A stretch of DNA of 54,066 nucleotides from Diplonema papillatum. Taxonomy: Eukaryota. Position 1 is the first letter of the stretch. Each line of letters starts with the position of its first letter. Below are positions 1-9,399 of the stretch, piece by piece. A program made the translations under genes and the position numbers. Where the stretch lies: the NCBI GenBank assembly GCA_030068145.1, contig JAPJBO010000148.1:272409-326474 (forward strand). The letters are read 5' to 3'. The notes beneath the pieces were generated by a model. The model saw only the letters and a program-made list of their open reading frames with translations, was not told where the DNA came from and made no database searches.

Positions 1-100
1 CTGACCCCGTACGGACCCCGTACGGACCCCGTACGGACCCCGTACGGACCCCGTACGGACCCCGTACGGACCCCGTACGGACCCCGTACAGACCCCAGAC
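1..100. repeat. 11-bp tandem repeat GACCCCGTACG (8 perfect units at 3-90 plus degenerate units 91-100); telomere-like, with the C-rich strand 5'->3' at the left window edge
   Basis: Direct reading: ct + (gaccccgtacg)x8 then gaccccgtaca/gaccccagac. The array is cut by the window start. The G-rich complement (CGTACGGGGTC) would run 5'->3' toward the edge, as expected for a left-end telomere. Confidence 0.6.
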
Positions 101-199
101 CTGTGTTTTGCCAACTAGTATACCTGTCATCACTAAAACCAACCACTATTCATCTTGAAACCACCAGGAATACACTTGAGAAAAAGCAACAAAACAAAC

Positions 200-2152
200 A
201 TGTTTGCCCTCTTTGGGTTGCTGATGTTCCTGGCCTGGCTGCCAGGTGGTGAAGCAGCTAATGGAAGGGGAATGAAAAGAAGGCATCCAGACCCAGCTGG
301 TCCACCTCCTTTGCAACTCCCCCTGGCTGAAGGTGTTGCACTGTCAAGGGTCAAAAAAGAAGAAGAAGAAGACGATGAAGAAGAAGAAGACGATGAGCCT
401 GTCCCTGTTGCAAAACACAGGCAGAGAGCAAAGCAACGCAAAGTAAGCTCTGTTGCCATGAAGAAGAAGGAGAAGACAGAAGCCTACAGCGGTGTGTTCC
501 GGAAACGGGTTGAAGCAAAGCCGAAATTTGGAGTTCTGCAGCTCATCCGGCAGGGAGATGCTGCAATGGCAGAAAAACTGCAGGAGTACGGAATCATACC
601 TGCTGTCACCTGCAAGTGTGGCAGGGAACTGACTAACATGGTTTGGAAAGGAGCAAACACCACCCGGCAGCTCAACTGGCCTGTCTTCTTTTGCAAGCAC
701 TGTCACCTATCGTTCTCAACAGCAGCTATTCTCAGCACAGCTCTTGGCATATCAGACAAAGGAGGCCCACTCAAGGTCACTCTTGGTGACTTTTTCTGCT
801 TGGTACTTGGGTTTGTTTTTGTTGCCAAAAAAGCATTGACACACGCACTTTGTTCGTTTACTCGCCAGACCGTCTGTAAATGGGAAGCAGGATTCAAGTG
901 CATTGTTGGTGGTGAGGTTGAGCAAATGGAAGCTGCAAACCTTCCTTTGGGAGGTCCTGGGGCAATAATTGAGATTGATGAGTTCTCAATTGGGGGTAGA
1001 GTGGTGAAGGACAAGACAGGAAAACCAGTTGGATATGAATACCTGCGTTTTGTGGGTATTGTTGTCAGGGGCACCCCCTACTTCTTAATTCGTGAGCTAC
1101 CCCGGAAGGTGCAAAAACTTGTCAACCCTGATGACACTGTAGCAAGTCCATCAGGACACAAGGACTTTACCAACAAAAAAGGACACCCTGTTGCGCCACC
1201 ACCACCCCCGATTTCAAAGGAGGAGTTCAAAGCCCTCCTTGATGAGGAGGTTTTGGAAATTGGAACCCCAGAAAACCCGTTGTGCATTGCTACAGACGGT
1301 GCTGCCACTTATCGTTCAATGCTTGATCCAGCATCGGCTTCGTTCTACTGGGGGGAACACAAGCACTGTGTGAACTATGCTTGGGTTAACCATGGGAAGG
1401 AAGAATGGTGCAAAGTTGTTGAAGATGATGACACCCCTCCTGTTGAAAACTGCCTTGCAGAGACATGTGTTGCAGAAATCCTTTCGAAGGTGTCTGAGCC
1501 TTCTGAACCTGGTTGCCCCACTGCTGCAGGGGGGAACTTCTCACCCATGTACCGGGACAAGAAGTGGATTACAGGTACCCAGAAGGCAGATGGTTTGTGG
1601 AAGCATCTTAAGACTACTCTTAAAACCAAAAACTGCAAGAACCGCAGCAAACCATCTGAGATTCTGATGAATCAGTGGAGGCTGATGAACACAGGTCTTG
1701 ACCTAGTGCACCTTTTTCTCTGTGCTTTGGGGAAAAAGATTTCACAGATGGAACTGGTGGTCCAGGCTGAAGCTACTGAGGTAGAACAACAAGCTGTTGA
1801 GTTGCCACCACAGCCTGACACCTTGCTGCAGCTGCTGGCACAGCCCGGCATGTGTGACCAGATGCTATCCCAGCCTGGGGTGCGTGACATGTTGATGCAA
1901 AGACTTGCCCAGGAAAAGCCTGAGTCTGATGATGAAGGCAGCCAAGAGAGCCCAATTGTTGACCCACAACAAAATGTGGACAGCAGCCAGTACAATCCTT
2001 TTGTATTGCCTGCAACCCAAAGGGAGGAAGACAATGATGACCAGCCTAGTGTCCCAATCTTTGTTCAGCCACAAGGACAGCCACAGAACCAAGGAGCTGT
2101 GTACAACCCATTTTCTGGTCGCAGGAGGCTGCAGTTGAGAAGACCACAGTGA
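200..2152 (+). CDS. Merlin / IS1595-superfamily DDE transposase with an N-terminal zinc-ribbon
   Basis: Uninterrupted ORF 155..2152; first ATG at 200. Protein has a CxCG...(22)...CKHC zinc-ribbon (CKCGRELTNMVWKGANTTRQLNWPVFFCKHCHLSFS). It also has the IS1595/Merlin catalytic signatures IEIDEFSIGGR...FVGIVVRG, LCIATDGAATY, YAWVNHGKEEW and ITGTQKADGLWKHLK. An acidic EEEEDDEEEEDDE stretch lies N-terminally and a Q/P-rich tail C-terminally. Confidence 0.7.
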   Translation: MFALFGLLMFLAWLPGGEAANGRGMKRRHPDPAGPPPLQLPLAEGVALSRVKKEEEEDDEEEEDDEPVPVAKHRQRAKQRKVSSVAMKKKEKTEAYSGVFRKRVEAKPKFGVLQLIRQGDAAMAEKLQEYGIIPAVTCKCGRELTNMVWKGANTTRQLNWPVFFCKHCHLSFSTAAILSTALGISDKGGPLKVTLGDFFCLVLGFVFVAKKALTHALCSFTRQTVCKWEAGFKCIVGGEVEQMEAANLPLGGPGAIIEIDEFSIGGRVVKDKTGKPVGYEYLRFVGIVVRGTPYFLIRELPRKVQKLVNPDDTVASPSGHKDFTNKKGHPVAPPPPPISKEEFKALLDEEVLEIGTPENPLCIATDGAATYRSMLDPASASFYWGEHKHCVNYAWVNHGKEEWCKVVEDDDTPPVENCLAETCVAEILSKVSEPSEPGCPTAAGGNFSPMYRDKKWITGTQKADGLWKHLKTTLKTKNCKNRSKPSEILMNQWRLMNTGLDLVHLFLCALGKKISQMELVVQAEATEVEQQAVELPPQPDTLLQLLAQPGMCDQMLSQPGVRDMLMQRLAQEKPESDDEGSQESPIVDPQQNVDSSQYNPFVLPATQREEDNDDQPSVPIFVQPQGQPQNQGAVYNPFSGRRRLQLRRPQ

Positions 2153-2159
2153 TTCTTTA

Positions 2160-2345
2160 TTTTTTTCCTTTTCTTCCTCCCCTGTTCATTCTGTTCAGAA
2201 TGGGTGTTTCTTAGCACCATCCCTGATCTGCAGTAAAAAATACCAAAAAAAAAAAAAAAACACATTGAGACAAAAAAAATACCAAAAAAAAAACAAAAAA
2301 AAACAGAAAAAGGGATCCTCTCCCCACCAAAAAAAACCAAAAAAA
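2160..2345. repeat. A-rich low-complexity region with multiple poly(A) tracts
   Basis: Runs of 8-16 A separated by short words (ataccaaaaaaaaaaaaaaaacacattgagacaaaaaaaatacc...). Confidence 0.6.
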
Positions 2346-2399
2346 AACCTTAAAAAGAGAGGGGTGGAGATTAGGGGGGCTGGCTATGCCGCAAGTCCT

Positions 2400-2801
2400 C
2401 GACACTCCACCTGAAAAAAAAAAACGCGCCACGTAGTCTACCACCCTCTTGAGGCTCTGGTGGTGAGGAAATGTCTACCATGCAGGGTCAAAACCTTGTG
2501 TCTTGTCATGCTACACAATCAATTACCTATACTTAACGCTGAACCATGGTTTTTGGTGGTTCAGTGTTAAGTATAGGTAATTACCTATACTTAACATTGA
2601 ACCACCCAAAATCGCGGTTCAATGTTAAGTATAGGTATGGGTTCAGCGTTAAGTATAGGTAATTACCTATACTTAACATTGAACCGCCCAAAATCACGGT
2701 TCAATGTTAAGTATAGGTAATTACCTATACTTAACATTGAACCACGATTTTGGGCGGTTCAATGTTAAGTATAGGTATGCTACGCATACTTTACACATGC
2801 C
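2400..2801 (-). repeat. 402-bp hairpin-rich terminal block of a DIRS-like element (copy 1)
   Basis: By eye, identical to 8160..8561. It contains a lone MITE-type TIR (2479-2505) and four consecutive ~57-bp hairpins with stem TTACCTATACTTAACATTGAACC (2523-2580, 2581-2637, 2663-2720, 2721-2777). Their loops are mutually complementary (cccaaaatcgc / gcgattttggg). Confidence 0.8.
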
Positions 2802-3550
2802 ATGGCGGTGTCTACATGTGTTAGTTGCCGAAACACGCCCATGCCCTGGAAAAGAGTCGCTATCTCCGAGGTCAGATCGCCCGTTATGACCGTCCAACGT
2901 GAGGGGGAAAAGGGATTTGCACGTTTGCCCTTTGGGGTCGTGTCCCAATCTATCACAACTTCCTCTTTCCGCACCAGTATGAATTGATGGTGCTTGAGAG
3001 CTGCGACCTCCCCCCACCTGCTTGCTGTCTTCCAAGCCACGAAAGCTGCTAGTCGTAGGGGTGGTTGCTGTTCTCGCGCCCACTCTAATAGAAGTGTTTT
3101 GCTTATCGGTAACGCTTGGTGGCTGGGAATATTTCCTCCAGTGGCTCGGAGAGCCCGAGCTAGATTCAAGATCGGGCGGTTGTCCAGCTCCAAGTACCCC
3201 AACATTGCTGAGATACCTTTGGCATACGACAACTGCGCTTGGGGACTGACACGGGTTGCCATGACGGACAATGCCGCTGTGTCCGCGTTGAGAGGCAGAC
3301 CCTGGGCCGATGTCCACCTCAGCAATCTGTTCCATAGACTCTGTCTTTGGGCCGTTGTGGAACGTGCCCACATTACTGATACAAGGTTTTGGAGCATATT
3401 CCCCGCTTCGTTTGCTGTCACCATTCCTTCTTTCGTACGTACTGTCTTCTTTCCAATTCCTTGAGCTAGATTTTGAAGTACTGCTTTGGCAAAAGTGTTT
3501 ATTGCACCTTTTTGAAGCCGTGTTTCTATTGGAAATGCGACGGAGCGCAT
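2780..3550 (-). pseudogene. DIRS-like tyrosine recombinase, N-terminal and core part, 3'-truncated where it runs into the hairpin block
   Basis: Protein contains ...LRLAAFVAWKTASRWGEVAALKHHQFILVRKEEVVIDWDTTPKGKRANPFSPSRW..., homologous to the YR ORFs at 7286..7819 and 11746..12180. It lacks the HxxR...Y catalytic end because the ORF terminates inside the repeat block at 2780-2801. Confidence 0.6.
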
Positions 3551-3670
3551 TTCTCGCGTTTGTTGACTTCGGAAGTCCAGCGACTTTTTGACAAAGCAGG
3601 TCTTCTGTAGGCCTAGCTGCGGGATGTAAATCGATGTGACTGGCTGAGGGGAAGGCAGAAAGACGGCCAG

Positions 3671-4681
3671 TCAATGCTGTCTCTCTGCCCTGACGTTTCC
3701 CTGCCCTTTAAATCCTTTGGCAGAAGCAGTGTACTGTCGCTTCCCTTTCCCCTTCTTGCCACCGAGTGCAATAGCAGCTTTTGCGACTTCGTCTGTGGAA
3801 GACTGCTCCAACTTCAACTTGTCCAACAGTGCACCTCGGGGCACTCGGTCTCGCACATGGTAGTGATGCACCCGCAAATTGCGGAGCAGCACATTGCCCA
3901 AGTCTAACAGGGGAGTCGACTCCCATCCCGCTGTCATGGCGCAACCAATCACCCACAGACGAAGCTGGTCAAAAGCTGCTTCCAAATCTTTCCCGCCTTG
4001 CAATCCAGTCAAGCCGCTCACATACTGTGCTTGCAATGCAAAAATCAACCCATCGGGGCTGCTCGATTCAAAAATTTCCTTCCACTCATGCACACTCTTC
4101 ACCGCCGCTGGGTGAGACCATTTCTGTTCAGTGGCTCTCATCTTCGTCTGGGACTCTTGGTCTACATCAAACTCTTTCACGTTTTCTGGTTTATGTTGGA
4201 ACTGCAATTGCTGTTCCAACCCCATCAGTCGTGCTTCCATCGTACTCCTCAAAAGATTCATCTCACGCTGAGCTGCCTCAGTTTGATGAACAGAAGCCTC
4301 AATTAACCGGTTGTAAACCCAATCTGGATCCGGGAGCAAGAATTCTCGCTCTGCACCATCGAATGGCGAAATGCCGTGCAGATAATTGAAGGCTTCGCTC
4401 AATCGCACACGAAAAGGTGTTTCTCCCTCCGCAACTTCACTGACTTTCCTCAACACTCCTGCATGCATGAGCCACCCGCTCGTGTCATTTTTACGTCTGC
4501 AGGAGTACACAACTAACTTTCCAAGAAGGGACTCTGCCTGATCCAGGAGCATACGCTCCGACATCTCGACTGGCGCTGGGAACCCCTGTCCTGCTGTTGC
4601 AGAGGGGGATGTCGCCCTTGCACGTGCAGTGCGCACTTCACTCAGTGTAAACGGGGCAAGGTTGGGTTCGGGGCTCGACAT
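3671..4681 (-). CDS. Gag-like coiled-coil ORF (336 aa) upstream of the YR gene in the same element
   Basis: Clean 336-aa ORF on the same strand immediately 5' of the YR ORF. It has a charged, helical, coiled-coil-like composition and a C-terminal basic GGKKGKGKRQ tail. No specific family recognised. Confidence 0.4.
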   Translation of the reverse strand: MSSPEPNLAPFTLSEVRTARARATSPSATAGQGFPAPVEMSERMLLDQAESLLGKLVVYSCRRKNDTSGWLMHAGVLRKVSEVAEGETPFRVRLSEAFNYLHGISPFDGAEREFLLPDPDWVYNRLIEASVHQTEAAQREMNLLRSTMEARLMGLEQQLQFQHKPENVKEFDVDQESQTKMRATEQKWSHPAAVKSVHEWKEIFESSSPDGLIFALQAQYVSGLTGLQGGKDLEAAFDQLRLWVIGCAMTAGWESTPLLDLGNVLLRNLRVHHYHVRDRVPRGALLDKLKLEQSSTDEVAKAAIALGGKKGKGKRQYTASAKGFKGQGNVRAERQH

Positions 4682-5651
4682 GATGCACTAAAAGAAGAGG
4701 AAAGGAAATAGAGGTTCAGAGTCAGCAAGGATCAAACAGTCTCTTCGCCTTCGGAAGCAGCAACGAACAGCTAGTTCGAGAGTGTCGCGGCAGACGTCTA
4801 GAAAACGAAGACGAGGCACGTTACCGTGAGGATCAACAAGTCGTCCTTTAAGCCGCCCCGACGTCCCGTTTCAAGAGCCTCGGCCAATATCTGCCTTCTC
4901 CTGCTTCGCTCTTCCGGCTGCAAGATGCAGGTTGCCTCTAACAACGATGGGGATCCCGTTACAAGAACTGCGCCCAGGTGCCGATTGCTCTTCGCGGTCA
5001 AAAGCGATACGGTGGCCACAATCTTTGGAGGGTGGGCGGAAAAGAACGGGGATCGAAGTGTACGGGAGGGGTAAGGTAACCTGTGGGAGAGTGCCTTGCG
5101 ATACAGAATTCCCTCAGTTAAACTACGATGGATCCCGCGTCGTGTGGACAGCGCCAGTGCATCCGCCACGTACGCGTTCGCAGTCCGGACAAGACGGTTC
5201 CGTTCGCCGGGTGAGAGAGGGGGCTCCGAGAGGAGGGGACGTCCGCATCGCCCCGAGACCGGAGGAGGGAAGCGGTCCACGGCGTCTACTGCTTGGTCTT
5301 GCTCCTGGTTGCGTTCGTCCGCTGAGGGGCCTGGGGAGCGTCGGGGGGAAGAGCTTCGCCCGAGTGTCGGGTGCGGGGCCTCGGGCTGCGCTTCCTGGGC
5401 GGCTTCGAGGCGGGCTGCTCCTCGGCTTTCTGTAGAGCCTGGAAGACGCTCCGTAGAAACGGAGGAAACCCGGCCTCGTGCTGATGCCGGTGCTGGAGGC
5501 TGCCTGCAAGAGACCACCCGGCTTTCAGATCCCGCAAACTCGACATAAGTTCCGGGGGCAAGGGTGGGTGGCAATTTGTTTTACGTTTTAACTAGCTAAG
5601 GTTGACCTCCTGTTGGAGTGGTTCACATTGGTTCCGAGCACTGACGGCAAT

Positions 5652-7151
5652 TCAATGCGCCAATTCCCTCAGTAAACTGCAGGAATGGTCGCGGTATCTT
5701 GGCACCCGCGATGGGAGATCTGCAGGGTTCCCTTCGCTCCGCACCCAGCGGACAGAGAGTGCGCAACCAAGGGTTCGCACCCTGGCAAGACCAGAAACCA
5801 CCGCGTTGTTCAGGTCTGCGTCTCGCATGCTGAACCCTTTCCGCGCTACTCCCTGCACGGTGGTATTGTCCACCACAACATCGATCCGTCCACCGGCAAA
5901 GGCGTCCGGGATCGACATTGCCGAACGTTCGAAGGCCATGGCCTCTAGAACATTAATGTGCAGCCTCGATTCCTCGGCTGACCAGGGAGCCCCCAAGATG
6001 GTTATTTCCGCCGTACAAGAGTCCACGAGAACACCACCCCATCCCTTCTTGCTCGCATCAACGAACACTGTCAACGACGGTACAGGGAGCTTCGTCGGTA
6101 TTGCCCGTGGCCTCATGACCGCGTCTATCCAACCTTGCAAAGATGAGCGTATGCATGGAGACAGGGAAACTTGTTCCGTCGGCATCCTCGTTCCTCGGTT
6201 CAACGAGTTCGTTACTCTGCGCATGAATTTCAGCGCAAACCAGAACGAGCCGGGGAAAATGCCCGCAATTGCAGATGCGTGGAGCAGCCTGCCCCCCAAG
6301 GCTTCGATATCACCGGCAGAAAGCGACGAAGCCTGGAGCTCGTACCGCGTCGTCATCAGCTTTCTGCAAAGCTTGCTGCTCAGCGAGACCTGCGAGACAC
6401 TGTGTCGCCAGTCGACCCCGATGAATTCATAACGGGGTGCAGCCGTCCGGGAATCAGCGTCTTTCCATGTCAGCGAGCAGTCCACCGCCGTCTGGTCCAA
6501 CCGCCGCGTCGCTGCAAGAACGCACTGCCTTGAGCCAGCGTAGCGAATGTTGTCGACCCAAACATGGACAACAACTTCACCCTCAACGAGCTCCGGCAAC
6601 ACAAAGTCGGGATGCCCGGCTGACACCGCTGCCAGCGTGTGCATGAGCTCGGGCGCACATGCATGGCCCATCGGGAGACGGTTCAACTCCCACCAGCTGC
6701 CGTCGTCCGTTGTGAAACGGAACAAGTGTCGAACGGCTTTCGGGATCTCTATTGCGTAGAATCCCGTGCGGAAGTCACGAGTAGTCCCGCACTCTTCATG
6801 TACTGCGCCCAAGTAGTGGGACACGTGAGCCAACGGAACGGACGCAACATAACCGGCGGCTTCAGCCGCACGGTTTCCGTCGAGGGTCCAAAGAATGAAC
6901 CGTTGCCGAAGAGAACCGTCTTTCTCCTCAAGAACCGTGAACGGCACCGAGGCCCAGGGGCCCGGGCCTGCTGCCCTCGCGGCTATCTCGTACTCCTCGA
7001 GCTGCTTCGCGTGACCCAAAACCAGCCTCGACGGGGATCCAAGCGACGGCAGAATGCTGCTCACGTCCGGGTAAAACGTCTTCCGCCACGTGTCGTCGAA
7101 GCGCGAGCGAACGCTTTCGGTCATGCGGGCACGCAGTTTGTTGACGTCCAT
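5652..7151 (-). CDS. Reverse transcriptase - RNase H polyprotein of DIRS-like element copy A
   Basis: ATG at 7151 (..VKPMDVNKL..). RT motifs include LNRLPMGHACAPELMHTL and HVWVDNIRYAGS. The RNase H part has ITILGAPWSAEESRLHINVLEAMAF ... VDNTTVQGVARKG ... WVRSEGNPADLPSR. The ORF-track extension 7152..7832 is a non-coding read-through overlapping the YR gene in another frame. Confidence 0.7.
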   Translation of the reverse strand: MDVNKLRARMTESVRSRFDDTWRKTFYPDVSSILPSLGSPSRLVLGHAKQLEEYEIAARAAGPGPWASVPFTVLEEKDGSLRQRFILWTLDGNRAAEAAGYVASVPLAHVSHYLGAVHEECGTTRDFRTGFYAIEIPKAVRHLFRFTTDDGSWWELNRLPMGHACAPELMHTLAAVSAGHPDFVLPELVEGEVVVHVWVDNIRYAGSRQCVLAATRRLDQTAVDCSLTWKDADSRTAAPRYEFIGVDWRHSVSQVSLSSKLCRKLMTTRYELQASSLSAGDIEALGGRLLHASAIAGIFPGSFWFALKFMRRVTNSLNRGTRMPTEQVSLSPCIRSSLQGWIDAVMRPRAIPTKLPVPSLTVFVDASKKGWGGVLVDSCTAEITILGAPWSAEESRLHINVLEAMAFERSAMSIPDAFAGGRIDVVVDNTTVQGVARKGFSMRDADLNNAVVSGLARVRTLGCALSVRWVRSEGNPADLPSRVPRYRDHSCSLLRELAH

Positions 7152-7285
7152 CGGCTTGACTGCGGCCACATGCAAAGGGGACTGGCGCTCTGCCGGCGTC
7201 CGAGGCAGCCGAGTCGACCCACCGCGACGCGTCACCGAGTGTGCCCGCAGCGTCCGAAACGCCTGATCCGACCGCAGATGGCGAC

Positions 7286-7819
7286 TCAGAGATGCTTCGT
7301 CGCCTTCGCGGTTCCGAGGACCCGGGCGAGGGCGAGCAGATTGCCGCCGTAACGAATCGTTGTTTCCGAGATCGCTCCTTCCGTCCCACCCGGTTCTTCG
7401 TGCTTGGCGAGCCGGTGTACGCTGCACAGCGGGATCGAAACGCCACTCGCAATCAGGTCGAACAGACGCGTCACTGCACCCCTTTTGATGGAGTGCGCCG
7501 AGTAGCGTCGCATCTCGGGGGATCGCGTCCACATCGAATCCAGGCCCGTTGTCGTCAGAGAACACAGTTCGTCGAAGGGGGCACTCGCCTGGAACATCTC
7601 GGCCAGTTCGGGCGTCAGAGGGCCCACTATCACGGCAAACCTCGACGGTTTGAACGGGTTCCGCCGTCGGCCTTTCGGGGTTTGCTCCCAGTCGATCACG
7701 ATCTCCTCCGGCGCGACACGCAGAAACTGCTTCGAGGACAGGGCGGCAGCCTCGGCCCACCTCGACGCCGATTTCCATGCCAGCAGAGTGCACATTTTCA
7801 CCGCCGGCGCCTGCGATAA
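7286..7819 (-). pseudogene. Tyrosine recombinase catalytic domain (copy A), N-terminal half separated by a MITE insertion
   Basis: LLAWKSASRWAEAAAL...YSAHSIKRGAVTRL...TIRYGG carries the HxxR and catalytic Tyr. Homologous N-terminal residues (DRATLVQWAL) continue on the far side of the MITE at 8032-8157. Confidence 0.65.
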
Positions 7820-8031
7820 CATGCAGGGTCAAAACCTTGTGTCTTTTTAAAACGCTCCCGCGGGGCCGATGGAGCCCAAAAAAAAATTTTGGAAAAAAAA
7901 AATTATGCTCAACTTCCTCAAAAATTACTGCAGAGTTTGTTCCAAACTTTTAAAATTCAAAAACCCCACTTTTTTTCCGGAAATTTTTTTTTTGCCATTT
8001 TCAAAAAGACACAAGGTTTTGACCCTGCATG
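7820..8031. mobile_element. MITE copy M1 (212 bp, 29-bp TIR CATGCAGGGTCAAAACCTTGTGTCTTTTT, TSD ATAA)
   Basis: Perfect TIRs at both ends. The 4-bp direct duplication ATAA sits at 7816-7819 and 8032-8035. M1 lies inside the YR gene of copy A. Confidence 0.85.
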
Positions 8032-8159
8032 ATAACGCCCACTGCACAAGTGTCGCTCTGTCCACAGGTACTGCCTGAGCCCGCGGCACCGCCGCCCCCG
8101 AGTTGCGCAGTGCCGAAGCCATCATCCGCAATGGCTGGTTCTCTAATCCCATCGCCGAT

Positions 8160-8561
8160 CGACACTCCACCTGAAAAAAAAAAACGCGCCACGTAGTCTA
8201 CCACCCTCTTGAGGCTCTGGTGGTGAGGAAATGTCTACCATGCAGGGTCAAAACCTTGTGTCTTGTCATGCTACACAATCAATTACCTATACTTAACGCT
8301 GAACCATGGTTTTTGGTGGTTCAGTGTTAAGTATAGGTAATTACCTATACTTAACATTGAACCACCCAAAATCGCGGTTCAATGTTAAGTATAGGTATGG
8401 GTTCAGCGTTAAGTATAGGTAATTACCTATACTTAACATTGAACCGCCCAAAATCACGGTTCAATGTTAAGTATAGGTAATTACCTATACTTAACATTGA
8501 ACCACGATTTTGGGCGGTTCAATGTTAAGTATAGGTATGCTACGCATACTTTACACATGCC
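8160..8561 (-). repeat. 402-bp hairpin-rich terminal block (copy 2), 3' end of DIRS-like copy C
   Basis: Same sequence as 2400..2801. Its lone left TIR at 8239-8265 is matched by a right TIR at 8712-8740, giving a 500-bp TIR-bounded composite. Confidence 0.8.
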
Positions 8562-8963
8562 TGTCTCGGCTCTTGTAGGTGACCCCCCTGACCCCCCACG
8601 CAAAAATCCCTTTGGCGAAAAAAAATATTTTCGCCAACCCCTTTTCAGATTTTTTTTTTTTTTTGGCGAAAAAATTTTTTTTCACCAAAGGGAAAAACCC
8701 CTGCCATTTTCAAAAAGACACAAGGTTTTGACCCTGCATGATAAACGTGCAGTTGTGCTGCAACTGGGATTTTTAGTAGGGAATTCCAAAAAGAAGAACG
8801 GGACGTGTTGTGTGTAAACGGGGAGGGGGAACCTGTGAAGGTATGCTTGCAATATCGGAATTCCCTCAGTTAAACTACGAGAATTCCATGCATGCATGTG
8901 AACGGAAAGGGGACGCGCAGTAAAGAAGCGAAGGGGAAATCGTCTCGGCCGGGCAGGATGAAC

Positions 8964-9176
8964 CTAACCTTCCGAACGAGAACGAACCCCATCGCGTGTA
9001 AAAAACTTCCGCAACGCTTGTTCAACTACCCTCTTTCCATTCCTGGAAGAAAGCAGCTGGGGCGACATGCGGGAAGGTAAATCCGCAATATTCGACACAG
9101 AGCGCACCCAAGCAATTGTGAAGGTGGCCCCCACTTCACGCAGTCTTGACAAAGCTGCTACAATAGCCTCATTTAA
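8964..9176 (-). pseudogene. RNase H C-terminal fragment (copy C)
   Basis: ...FTIAWVRSVSNIADLPSR... matches the RNase H ends of the other copies. The upstream part is separated by MITE M2. Confidence 0.55.
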
Positions 9177-9389
9177 CATGCAGGGTCAAAACCTTGTGTC
9201 TTTTTGAAAATGGCAAAAAAAAAAAATTCCAGAAAAAAAATGGGGTTTTTGAATTTTAAAAGTTTGGAACAAACTCTGCAGTAATTTTTGAGGAAGTTGA
9301 GCAAAATCTTTTTTTTCCAACATTTTTTTTTGGGGTCCATCGGCTCCGCGGGAGCGTTTTAAAAAGACACAAGGTTCTGACCCTGCATG
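9177..9389. mobile_element. MITE copy M2 (TSD TTAA), inserted in the RNase H of copy C
   Basis: TIRs at both ends. TTAA at 9173-9176 and 9390-9393. Internal region is in inverted orientation relative to M1. Confidence 0.85.
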
Positions 9390-9399
9390 TTAAGGGTTT

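Larger units (their letters stand above)
2400..5130 (-). mobile_element. DIRS-like YR retroelement copy B (5' region, gag-like, truncated YR, terminal hairpin block; no RT)
   Basis: Co-linear gag-like and YR ORFs are followed by the terminal block. The 5' boundary is approximate: an RNase-H-end motif remnant lies at 5104-5128. Confidence 0.35.
5640..8157 (-). mobile_element. DIRS-like YR retroelement copy A (YR then RT/RNase H), 5'-truncated next to the terminal block of copy C
   Basis: YR and RT/RH ORFs lie on the same strand, separated by 134 bp. The element ends at the conserved RNase-H-end motif (5662-5683). Confidence 0.5.

Noticed and set aside
100-2400. TIRs for the Merlin-like transposase
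   Set aside because: I looked for a reverse-complement match between 100-199 and 2153-2400 and found none. The ORF is therefore annotated as a transposase gene only, not as a delimited element.
4798-5574. 258-aa ORF (-) and overlapping 128-167 aa ORFs on both strands
   Set aside because: Low-complexity R/P/S/A-rich translations in a GC-rich interval, with ORFs open in several frames at once. No domain signature. They overlap the RNase-H-end motif remnants.
7152-7832. N-terminal 227 aa of the 726-aa ORF 5652..7832(-)
   Set aside because: This part has no RT similarity and overlaps the tyrosine-recombinase ORF (7286..7819) in a different frame. It is an open-frame run-through in GC-rich sequence; the RT more plausibly starts at the ATG at 7151.
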